A DNA stretch of 63,746 nucleotides, counting the filler, from Chiloscyllium plagiosum (lineage: Eukaryota): NCBI RefSeq assembly GCF_004010195.1. It is 3 parts of one record of this genome, joined end to end, with 100 filler letters (N's around TTAATTAATTAA, not from the genome) between each part and the next. Parts side by side here need not be neighbours in the genome. Positions count along the whole stretch, not along the records: positions 42,610 to 63,746 come from NC_057717.1; 2 more parts are not named here. One strand, written 5' to 3'. A program made the translations under genes and the position numbers. The notes below the pieces were generated by a model, which searched no databases, was not told where the DNA came from, and was given only the letters and a program-made list of their open reading frames with translations. Numbering within the stretch: the first letter of the stretch is position 1; each line of letters starts with the position of its first letter. Positions 51,517-61,896 of the stretch are shown here, piece after piece.

Positions 51517-52917
51517 CTACCGAAAATGGAGGCCTGGTGGTCATGGCAAGTTACTTTTAATTTACATTTACCTATTCAGCAGAACCCCGGGACTCCCTCT
51601 CTCTCACTCGGTCCTTCCCTTAGTCCTCTCTCTATCCACCTGCTTCTATTGAAATGAATTCCTGATGCTCCAAGTAAGTCGCTTTTAAGTGGGTTATATA
51701 AATTCCCTGCTGATCCCTCATGTTCTCTGTCCCTATCACTTTCCTGAAAATGGAGTCTTGACGCTCAGGTAAATTGCTTTTAAGTGGGACATGTACTTTC
51801 ACTGTCGCCCGTTGTCGTCTTTCTCTCTCTCTCTTTTAAGTCTTCTGAACATCGAGGCCTGACGCTCGAAGTTATCTCTATCAAGTGGCAAACGGCCCTT
51901 CGCTGCAGTCTTCTCTCTCTTTCTCTCGCTTCTTGCAATAACAGAGGTGAGACACTCCAAATAACTCCCTTTCAAATGGGACAATTACGTTCCCAGTACC
52001 CCCTTGTCTTCAGTGTCACTCACTCCTCCCGAAAATTGAGGCGTCAGAATCGAAGTAATTACGTTTTAAGTGGGAAATATACTTTCCTGTCAGTCACTGG
52101 TAATCTTTTTCTCTTGCTTCTAACAAAAATGGAGGACTGACCCGAGGTGTAATTACGTAATAAGTGGGAGATTTAACTTGCCAGCAGCCCCCTGCTGCTC
52201 TCTGTTTCTCGCTTCTCTCGAAATTGGAGACGGGACGCTGCGGGTAAATCCCTTGAAAGTGGGATATCTACTTTCGATGCCATTCCCTGCTCCTCTCTCT
52301 CTTTCTCGCTCATCCTGAAAATGGAGGCCTGAATGTCGAGATAAGTCTATTTTGAGTGGTAAGATTATCTTTTCTGCGGCCCCTTGGACCTCCCTCTCTC
52401 GTTCGCTCCTTCTGAAAATGGAGGCCATTTGCACGAGGTAAGACACTTTGTACTCTCCCTCTGTCTCTCTCATCCTCAACATTAACATACGTCGCTTGAG
52501 GAACGTCTATTTTACGTGGGAAACCTATTTTCCTGGCAGCACCCAGTACTCTCTTTCCCTCTCCTCAAACAAATGGAGACCAGACGCTCTATTTATGTCC
52601 CTTTAAATGGAAACCTGTCTTCCCTGGCGTCCCCTGGTCCTCTCTATTTCTCTCACTCCTCCTGAAAATGGAGGCAGGGCACTCCAACTAAATTCCATTT
52701 CAGTCGGAAATTTACCTTCCAGGCAGCTCCCGTCCTCACTCTCTAACACTGTCCCCGAAAATGGAGGTGTCATACTCGAGGTAAATGTGTTTTCAGTGGG
52801 AAATATACTTTCACCGCAGCTGACTGGTACACTCTCTCACTCGCTTCTCCCAAAAATGGAGGTCTGACCCGAGATATAAGTCGCTCTTAAGTGAAATTTA
52901 CTTTCCCAGGATACCCC

Positions 52918-53975
52918 GCCTGACATTCGACCGACTATGGTGATGTCATCAGTAAACCTGCAAATGGCATTAGTCTGGTATCTGATGACACAGTCAAGGG
53001 TATACAGTGAATACAGTAAGGAGCTAAGTATGCACCCCTTGGGGTCTCCAGTGTTGGGTGTTAGTGAGGATGAAATAATTTCACCATTCTTCACTGATTT
53101 CTGCTCGTGGGTAAGGAAACTGAGGATCCAGTTGTGGAGAGTCAGGCTTAGTCCGAGATCACTAAGTTTACTAATCAGTCTCAAAGCGATAATAGTGTTG
53201 ACGTCTGAACTGTCGTCAATGAGTAGGATTCTTACGTGCCTGTTCTTGGTCTCAAGATATTCCAGGGAGGAGTGAAGGGAAAGTAATATGGCAATTGATG
53301 TTACTCTTTGTTCCGATAGGCAAATTGGAATGGGTCACGAGTAGTAGGGAAGCTGAAGTTGATGACCAGCCTTTCAAATCACTTCATGATCACCGAAGTT
53401 AGGGCTGATGGGTGGTAGCTATAGTGACATGTTTCATGAGACTTCTCAGGCACAGGGATGATGTTATAATTCTTGAAACAGGCAGGGACAGTGGCCCACT
53501 GCAGGGAGAGTTTGAAATATCCGAGAACATCGTTACCAGTCGATCTGCACATACTTTGAGTGCACGGTCTGCTGCTCCGTTTGGTCCCATCGCTTTCCTT
53601 GGATTCACACGGAGAACATCTGATCTGACCTCTGATGCAGTGACTGTTGGGATACGTTTGTCAGGACTTGTCCGAATAGATGTTCCCTCTCCCCCGAAAT
53701 TCTGTTCACAGCCAGCATAGAAATCGGTGTGACGAACTGGAAAGTATGTGTCATCGTCTGCAATCCTGCACTTTCTCTTTCTAGAGACTGTGATGTCATT
53801 CAGTCCTTGCTCTGGTCGCCAGGTATCTGTCTGGGTCTCTAATTTGGACCGGTATTGGTCCGGGGCTGATTTAATGGCTCAGCAATGTCATAGATGGATT
53901 CCTTTTATTTGAGTGGGTCTCCTGATCTGAAGGGCTCACATCTGGTTTTTAGCTGGTCTGTATGTTCATTCAAGG
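52918..53975 (-). mobile_element. Rex1/Babar-clade LINE RT fragment, decayed
   Basis: 'NPRKAMGPNG..RALKVCADRL..FSDI', 'LISKLSDLGL..LHNWILSFLT', 'TGDPKGCILSSLLYSLYTLDC', 'RFTDDITIVG'. Confidence 0.82.
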
Positions 53976-53979
53976 ATTT

Positions 53980-54166
53980 AATAGACAACAGACAATAGGT
54001 GCAGAAGTAGGCCATTCAGCCCTTCGAGCCTGCACCGCTATTCAATATGATCATGGCTGATCAAACCTAATCAGTATACTTGTCCTGCCTTATCTCCATA
54101 ACCCGTGATTCCACTATCTTTGAGAGCTCTATCCAACTCTTTCTTAAATAAATCCAGAGACTTGGA
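53980..54166 (-). mobile_element. CR1 3' end fragment
   Basis: Tail AGACAA(C/T) repeats then GTAGGCCATTCAGCCCTTCGAGCC. Confidence 0.75.
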
Positions 54167-54461
54167 NNNNNNNNNNNNNNNNNNNNNNNNNNNNNNNNNN
54201 NNNNNNNNNNNNNNNNNNNNNNNNNNNNNNNNNNNNNNNNNNNNNNNNNNNNNNNNNNNNNNNNNNNNNNNNNNNNNNNNNNNNNNNNNNNNNNNNNNNN
54301 NNNNNNNNNNNNNNNNNNNNNNNNNNNNNNNNNNNNNNNNNNNNNNNNNNNNNNNNNNNNNNNNNNNNNNNNNNNNNNNNNNNNNNNNNNNNNNNNNNNN
54401 NNNNNNNNNNNNNNNNNNNNNNNNNNNNNNNNNNNNNNNNNNNNNNNNNNNNNNNNNNNNN
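54167..54461. other. Assembly gap
   Basis: Run of N. Confidence 1.
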
Positions 54462-54725
54462 AATTGAGGCGTCAGAATCGAAGTAATTACGTTTTAAGTG
54501 GGAAATATACTTTCCTGTCAGTCACTGGTAATCTTTTTCTCTCGCTTCTAACAAAAATGGAGGAGTGACCCGAGGTGTAATTACGTAATAAGTGGGAGAT
54601 TTAACTTGCCAGCAGCCCCCTGGTGCTCTCTGTTTCTCGCTTCTCTCGAAATTGGAGACGGGACGCTCCGGGTAAATCCCTTGAAAGTGGGATATCTACT
54701 TTCGATGCCATTCCCTGGTCCTCTC
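54462..54725. repeat. ~3 satellite monomers nearly identical to 52034-52297
   Basis: Base-by-base match with only a few substitutions; isolated between two gaps. Confidence 0.92.
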
Positions 54726-55225
54726 NNNNNNNNNNNNNNNNNNNNNNNNNNNNNNNNNNNNNNNNNNNNNNNNNNNNNNNNNNNNNNNNNNNNNNNNNNN
54801 NNNNNNNNNNNNNNNNNNNNNNNNNNNNNNNNNNNNNNNNNNNNNNNNNNNNNNNNNNNNNNNNNNNNNNNNNNNNNNNNNNNNNNNNNNNNNNNNNNNN
54901 NNNNNNNNNNNNNNNNNNNNNNNNNNNNNNNNNNNNNNNNNNNNNNNNNNNNNNNNNNNNNNNNNNNNNNNNNNNNNNNNNNNNNNNNNNNNNNNNNNNN
55001 NNNNNNNNNNNNNNNNNNNNNNNNNNNNNNNNNNNNNNNNNNNNNNNNNNNNNNNNNNNNNNNNNNNNNNNNNNNNNNNNNNNNNNNNNNNNNNNNNNNN
55101 NNNNNNNNNNNNNNNNNNNNNNNNNNNNNNNNNNNNNNNNNNNNNNNNNNNNNNNNNNNNNNNNNNNNNNNNNNNNNNNNNNNNNNNNNNNNNNNNNNNN
55201 NNNNNNNNNNNNNNNNNNNNNNNNN
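54726..55225. other. Assembly gap (500 N)
   Basis: Run of N. Confidence 1.
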
Positions 55226-56400
55226 TACAACCACCTGGCCGAGATCATTTCCCAATGGCAGGGTAAGTAGTTGAATTATTTGCATACTGCTCAATAAAAC
55301 ACTGGTGGATATTCCATACAAATTCTGCTCCACCTAACCCTCTATCACTCAGTGAATCGCGGTCGACGTCGGGAAATTTAAAAGTTCCCATCACTGTCAC
55401 CCTATTGCTCCGACATCTTTCCATAAAATATCTACATAGTTTTTAGTCTATCTCACGTTTGCTGCTGGACGACCTGTAGTATTGCCCCAACTTTGTTATC
55501 ACACCCTTCGTATTTCTGAGCGCAGCACATATTGAGTCACTGTTTGAACCCTCCATCTTGTCCTCCTTCAGCACAGCTGCGATATTCTTTCTGACTGAGA
55601 AACAACTCCTCCACACCGTTCACCTCCTTCTTTATTGCCCCTGAAGCATTTATATACTGCTATCTTAATTTGCCCAACTTGTCCTGCCGTCAACCAAGTC
55701 TCAGTAATAGAAATAGCATCATACTTACAGGTACTAATCCAAGCCCTAAAGTTTATCTGTCTTACCTATTACAGTTCTCACATTTAAGCAAATGCACTTC
55801 AGACCTGTCCCTTTACTTTCATCATATTTTCCCTTCCTACTCTTCGCCTTCGTCACGCTGACTTCATTATCTTGTTCCGAACAGGGTTTCATTATAAACT
55901 ATTTACTATCCACGACATTCCTCACTTATTTCACATCACATGCAACATTAGATTTGACAGTTCTCAACAGTGTTAGCAAAATAGTACCCTCAGACGTTGT
56001 TTCCAGTCCTGGCCAGGTGTTAATTGCCCGATTTGTAATAGTACCTCTTGCCGCAGTACAGGTCCCAATGTCGCAAAAATCTGAAGCCCTCCCTCCTACA
56101 ACATCTCTTAAACCACCCATTCATCCTGCGTATTGTTTTATTTCTAAACTAACATGACATACTTGTGGAAAACTTGAGACCACTACTTTTGAGTTTTCTA
56201 CATTTTAACTTGGCTCCGAACTCTCTCAGTGACACTGGAAAGGATCCCATCACGTTTATTACCTGTATTATTGGTGCCTATATGCACCACGAGAGGTGGG
56301 TGTTATCCTTCACTCTTCAGAAAGTCCTGTAGATGACCTGAGACATTTGCAACCTGTGCACATGAGAGGCAACATACAATTCGGTTCTGTTGTTTTAGAC
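55226..56400 (-). mobile_element. Decayed CR1 (ORF1 esterase end and ORF2 endonuclease start)
   Basis: Parallels 43290-44430 in layout; minus-strand 'VMGTFKFP', 'GVVSQSERIS' and esterase-like remnants. Confidence 0.7.
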
Positions 56401-56514
56401 AACAGCCACTACAAATATATCAGTGAATTCTCCTTCCAAGATCATTCTTCGACTACTCCCACTCAACTGCTCTCTCTCGCCGCTCCCGCTGCTGCAGCAA
56501 AATGGAGACCAATG

Positions 56515-57240
56515 ATTCCATTGATGGACCAATGGGCTGATGAGCGACAGCTATATTTTGATTTAGATAAATATGAGGTGTGGCATTTTAGAAAGCAAAT
56601 CAGAGTAGGCATTATACACTCCATGGCATTGTTTTGTATTTGATGCTGCTGAAAGAGACCTTGGAGAACAGGTTCATATTTCCTTGAAATTCGAGTCGCA
56701 GTTCGATAGGATAGTGAAGAAGGGATTTGCTCTCCTTTCCTTTATTGATCACAATACTGAGTATAGGAGTTGGGAGGTCATTTCGCGGCTGTACACGACA
56801 TTGGTTTGGCAACATTTGGAATACTGTGTGCAATCTAGACTCCTTATGATCTGAAGCAAGTTGTGAAACTTGAAAGATTTCAGTAAAGACTTACTACAAT
56901 GTTGCAAGGCTGGAAGGATTTGATCTTAGGGATAGGCTTGGCCTGCTGTCCCGTGAGCGCCAAAGGTTAAAAATCATGAGGGCCATGGTATGGAAAAATA
57001 GACAAGGTATTGTCCCTGCGGTGGGACAGTCCAGAAGTGGAGGCCATAGAGTAATGGCGAGAGGGGCAAGATATTAAATGTACTTAAGGTGCAACATTTC
57101 CACACGAAGGGTAGTGTGTATACGAGTGAGCTGTTAGAGGTAGTCGTGGAACCTGGTACAATTAAAGCATTTGTAAGGGATCTGAATGGGTAAATGAATA
57201 TGAGTGCTTGAGCGAGATATGGATCAAATTCCGGCAAATG
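56515..57240 (+). mobile_element. Decayed CR1 3' portion
   Basis: 'MDQWADERQLYFDLDKYEVWHF', 'LYTTLVWQHLEYCVQ'. Confidence 0.8.
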
Positions 57241-57289
57241 TTTATTTGTTTCTGTACGTAGAGGGACCGTTGTAAAAGAAGGGATTGTT

Positions 57290-59634
57290 AGTCAAGGACT
57301 GTATTAGGGTGGCAGAAAGGATGTATGATTAGGACACGTCTACTCAGGAAAGCAGAGGCCACACCGATGGGCGTTTTCTATACCCTCGGAAAACTTACAG
57401 AGACGTGGAGGAAAGAATTGCAAGAGTGATTCTGGATAGAAGTGCAAGTAACAGGGTGGTTGTTGTGATTAACTTTAACTTTGCCAATATTGACTGGAAA
57501 ACCAACAATTCAAGAACCTTAGTCAGCTTTTGTCCAATGTCCAGGAAGGTTTTCTGACACAGTATGCAGATAGGCCAACAAGAGGCCAGGTCACATTCAG
57601 TTTGAAACTGAGTAATAAACCGGGCTAGCTGTTAGATTTGGAAGAACTTGAGCACTTTGGTAATAGTGACCATAATTTGGTAAAATTTACTTTTGTGATG
57701 GAAAGGGACAGGCATCCACCGCAGGGTAAGTGTTGTAGCTGGGAGAAAGGCAATTATGATGCGATTATGCGAGATTTAGAATGCATCGGACGGTAAGAGA
57801 AACTGCAGGAGATGGGCACAATTGAAATGTGCAGCGTATTCAATCTTATTCTGCGAGTCCTTGTTAAGCATGTACCTGCCGGGCAGGGAGGACGTGGTGT
57901 CGTGGGTAAACTGTGGATTACTAAATAGGTTGAAGATCTTTCCAAGAGGAAAAGAAGGGTTATGTAAAGATGAGACGTGAAGACTCGATTAGGGCGCTTG
58001 TATGTTACTGTTTAGCCGGGAAGGACTGAAAGAGAGAGCTAAGATGTGTCAGGAGGCGTTTCGTCTTTGGCTGGTAGGATCAAGGAAAGTCCTGAAGTAT
58101 CTGTGGCAATATCAGGAATACAGGAATTACAAGAGAAAGATTAGGGCCTGTCAAGGAGAGTAGTGTAAGTGGATATTTTTCGTCAGCATTCACACAGGAA
58201 AAAAGACAATGTTTTCAAGGAGAGTACTGAGATATTGATATTGGACTAGACGGGATGGCAATTCAGGGGAAGAGTTGTTAACATTTCTGGAAAGTGCAAA
58301 AATGGTTAAGTACACTAGCTGGATTGGATTCTCTGGGAATCTCGGGAGGACATGACACAGCCTTTAATCTTTATGTAGTCATTGTGGACAGGAATAGAGC
58401 CAGAAAATTGGAGGGTAGTAAATGTTCTCCCCTTGTTTGAGAAGGGTAGTAGAGACAGCCCTGCTACGTACAACCCTGTATGTATGTGAGTTTTACTTCA
58501 TTTGTGTGTAAAATGTTGGAAAGGACAATAAGACACAGGAATGATAATTATTAAGAAAAGAATAATTTCATTACGGATAGACAACATGGATGTGTGGAGA
58601 GTAGGTCGTGCCTCACAAACCTTATTGAATTATTTGAAAAAGTGACCAAGCAGGTGGGCGAGGGTCAAGGTTGATGATGTGCATATGGATATCCAATGAT
58701 GTTGGCGATTACAAAGGGACATTTATAACCTGCAGAGCTGGACAGCTTGTTGAAAAATGGAGTTTAATGCAGAAAAGTGTGAGTTGATTCACTTTGGAAG
58801 AGTAAAATGAACACAGAGTATTAGGCTAATGTTAAGAATCTTGATAGTGTGGATGAGCACAGGGACCTCGATGTCTACATGCAGAGTTCCCTGAACTTTT
58901 ACAGGGAGGTTGAGAGTTTTGTTAAGAAGATGTATGATGTGTTAGACTTTATTGGTAGAGGGATTGAGTTTCGGAGACATGAGGTCATGTTACAGCGGTA
59001 CAAAACTCTGGTGCAACCGTATTTGGGGTATTGCGTACATGTCGATGCCACATTATAAGAAGGACAGTATAAGAAGCAATGGAAAGAGTGCAGAGGTGAT
59101 TTACCAGGATGTTGCCTCGCCTGGAAGAAATACATTATGAGGAAAGGGTGAGCGATTGGGGCTATTTCGGTACGAGAGAAGAAGATTAACAGACGATTTT
59201 TAGAGACATAGATGAGCAGAGGGTTAGTTAGGATGCCCGGAGAGAGCCTTTTCCCTTGGATTGTAATGGCGAGAACGAGGGACATAGTTTTAAACTGAGA
59301 GTTGATAGATACAGAAGGTAGGTAGGTTCTGTACTCAGAGAGTAGTCAGGGCCAATGGTCAATTTGGTAGAATGAATGTCACATCGGCCCTACTTGCAAC
59401 AGCCGGAGTCTCGCCATCTAAATTAAATAGTCATTGGATAAATATGTGGACAACAATAGTTTAGTATAGGTTAAATAGGCTTCACATCATTTTCGCAGAT
59501 CATCGCAACATCAAGGGCCGAAACTGATTTGTTCTATGTTCGATGCAGATTAGGTAAGGATATGTGATTGGCATGGACGAGTGCACCAAAGGGTCTTCTT
59601 CCGTGCTGTTTGCCTCTATGACTCTGTGACTCTA
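57290..59634 (+). mobile_element. Decayed CR1 ORF2 with 3' tail
   Basis: 'SDHNLVKF', 'EPENWRVVNVLPLFEKG', 'RSCLTNLIELFE', 'YKTLVQPYLGYCV'; tail CTCTATGACTCTGTGACTCTA. Confidence 0.82.
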
Positions 59635-59800
59635 AGTATTTTAATGGGAAACGTACCTTTCTAACAACTGCCTGGTGCTTGCTTGTACTGCTCCCTTTGT
59701 GGCGACAAAATTGAGCCTGATGTTTCCATAAAATAAGTGTTTGAGTGGGAAACTTGCCTCCTGACAACCCCACCATCCCACCCCGTCCTCGCTCATACCG
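59635..59800. repeat. ~2 degenerate monomers of the 92-bp satellite
   Basis: TTTTAATGGGAAACGTACCTTT...AAAATTGAGCCTGATG...GAGTGGGAAACTTGCCT. Confidence 0.65.
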
Positions 59801-59857
59801 CTCCCGCTGCTGCTGCATGATCACATGGACTACACAGCAGCCATTCTATGGGAATTG

Positions 59858-59982
59858 GATTAGTGGTGCTGGAAGAGCACAGCAGTTCAGGCAACATCTG
59901 AGGAGCAGCAAAATCGACGTTTCGGGCAAAAGCCCTTTATTCCGGATCTGGTTTCCAGCATCTGCAGTCATTGTTTTTACCT
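59858..59982. mobile_element. Hammerhead-family short element, partial inverted arrangement
   Basis: Minus-strand body ending TCGACGTTTCGGGCAAAAGCCCT, followed by plus-strand tail TCTGGTTTCCAGCATCTGCAGTC; another copy at 60325-60435. Confidence 0.7.
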
Positions 59983-61627
59983 ATTCTATGGGAATTGATC
60001 ATTAAACCAAAAAGAGGGAAACGGTCTCACCAAAATATTTTTCACGGATGCATCCATTCCTAACAGTATCTATCGGAATACACATTACACAGTTCGATTA
60101 TTGAAGGTATCATCCAATGTGTTATATATCACTACCTCCTGCATAGTATGACGTTGTTCTAATGGACAATTCAAATGAAAACTAGACACCCATGAGGCTC
60201 TGTGAGCAATCACCATCAGCGGAATCAATGGCCTTCCCTCAATCATAAAGTCAGAAGTGGGCTGTTCAGTTATGGTTACTAAATGTTCAGCACCATTCAC
60301 AACTGCACACATACTGGTGAGTGGATTATGCCCGAAACATCGATTCTCTGGCTCCTCAGATGTTGCCTGAACTGCTGTGCTTTGCCAGCACCACACTCTT
60401 CGACTATGTTCTCCAGAACCTGCACTCCTCACCTTGCCCGAGACTTAAACAGTGTATTCAGCCCTTCCATCGTTTTAAACAGGAACAGAATGAAGCTATT
60501 CAGTCATTCCAGGTTGCTTCTCAGCAATTGGAGTGGCCTGTTATGCAGGACATGGAAGGGAATATTCACCCTTTCAAAACAGCTTCACAGGAATACTGGG
60601 AGGACAGGTTGCTGAGCTGAAAGCAGGGATGGTTCAGCCATTAATTATTCTTTATGATTTTGGTAGAGTTAGATGACTACAGTGACACAGACGGGTACTT
60701 ATTTTGCAATTTGTAACAACTGTTTCAATAAAAGGATCAAAACAGTAACTAAATTGCTAAATGATGCGAATCTAGGCATGAAAAAAAGTTATTAAGAGGT
60801 GGTAGAGAATCGGTAAATGGATAACCAATGGTCAATTTGGTAGAATGAATGCCACATCGGCACCTGTCAACTTATCAAATTTTCAGAAAGAAGAAAAGGC
60901 TGTGTGCTACATAAATGGAGAGAGGCTACAGGCATTAATGATACAGTGTGTACTAGAAGGTTCACTCTAACCTTTTCAGGCATCGGACGTATTGCTCTAT
61001 CTTCCTCATGGTTTGCAACCTGATGTTCCCATTGGCCTATTTCTCTCAGTACGCACGGGATATATTGATGTGGTTGGTTGGCATCGGGGAGTAGTGGGAG
61101 GGGGCATTGCTTGTAGGATATTTTAAGCCGTTTATAAAAGGGCCGTTTATCCAAGATGTCATCCTTTCCTTCTATGTGGAAACATGAAGACAATGGGAAT
61201 GGCGGACTGCTTCCGAATGAAAAAGCAATTTGTGCTTCCAGAACAGTAGGTATTCACCAACATGATGTACTGTGAATGGTCACACTGCAAAATTAATGAA
61301 GTGAGAGTTAGGGCGGTGCAATCTCAAGGTAAAAGAAATGCATTAGCAGATCAGCTGAAATAATGAGTTACATCAATTTCTCAATCCATTTTGCAAAACT
61401 AGCCCAGATACCATAGACTCACATATGATGTCTGTTCAACATCGAAAATGATGTAGACTAAGTTCTGTTCGGTCCAATCTTGGAATCTGGTCTGCCTGGA
61501 AACCATAAAGGCTACAGTCGTGCATTTATCTCTAATCCCTGGCCAGATATCTGCACAGCACAGGGAGCTATGCAGACCACCGCGGTGCATTGATCTATAC
61601 ACTGAGTATGAAGTTAAAATCAACCAG

Positions 61628-61896
61628 GCGAAAGTGGAGATTGCAGATGCTGGAGATGAGAGTCGAGAGTGTGCTAATGGAAAAACACAGCAGGTAAGGC
61701 AGCATCCAAAGAGCAGGAGAGTCGACTATTCGGAAAAAGGCCTCCATCAGAAATGAGAGGATCCTCTCATTCCATTTGAAGGGCTTTTGCCCGAAACGTC
61801 GACTCTTCTGATTCTCGGATCCTGCCTGACCTGCTGTGCTTCTACAGTGCCACACATTCAATTCTAATCTCCAGCATCTGCATTCCTCAGTTTCGC
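61628..61896. mobile_element. Head-to-head inverted pair of hammerhead-family short elements
   Basis: Arms are diverged reverse complements around the perfect 20-bp palindrome AATGAGAGGATCCTCTCATT (61752-61771); the right arm has GAAGGGCTTTTGCCCGAAACGTCGAC. Confidence 0.8.

Larger units (their letters stand above)
45315..52915. repeat. Highly diverged ~92-bp tandem satellite array, roughly 80 monomers
   Basis: By-eye consensus GAAAATGGAGGCCTGACGCTCGAGGTAAATCCCTTTTAAGTGGGAAATTTACCTTCCCGGCAGCCCCTGGTCCTCTCTCTCTCGCTCCTCCC; TTAAGTGGGAAA-like anchors recur every ~90-96 bp (e.g. ~47005, 47098, 47192, 47287). Confidence 0.93.

Noticed and set aside
45315..52915. CRISPR-like repeat-spacer array
   Set aside because: The whole monomer is homologous between units, with no unique spacers and no cas genes, in a vertebrate context. 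The same applies to the 36-bp and 59-bp arrays.
18652..55333. ORFs of 120-250 aa containing X runs
   Set aside because: Artefacts of translating through N gaps.
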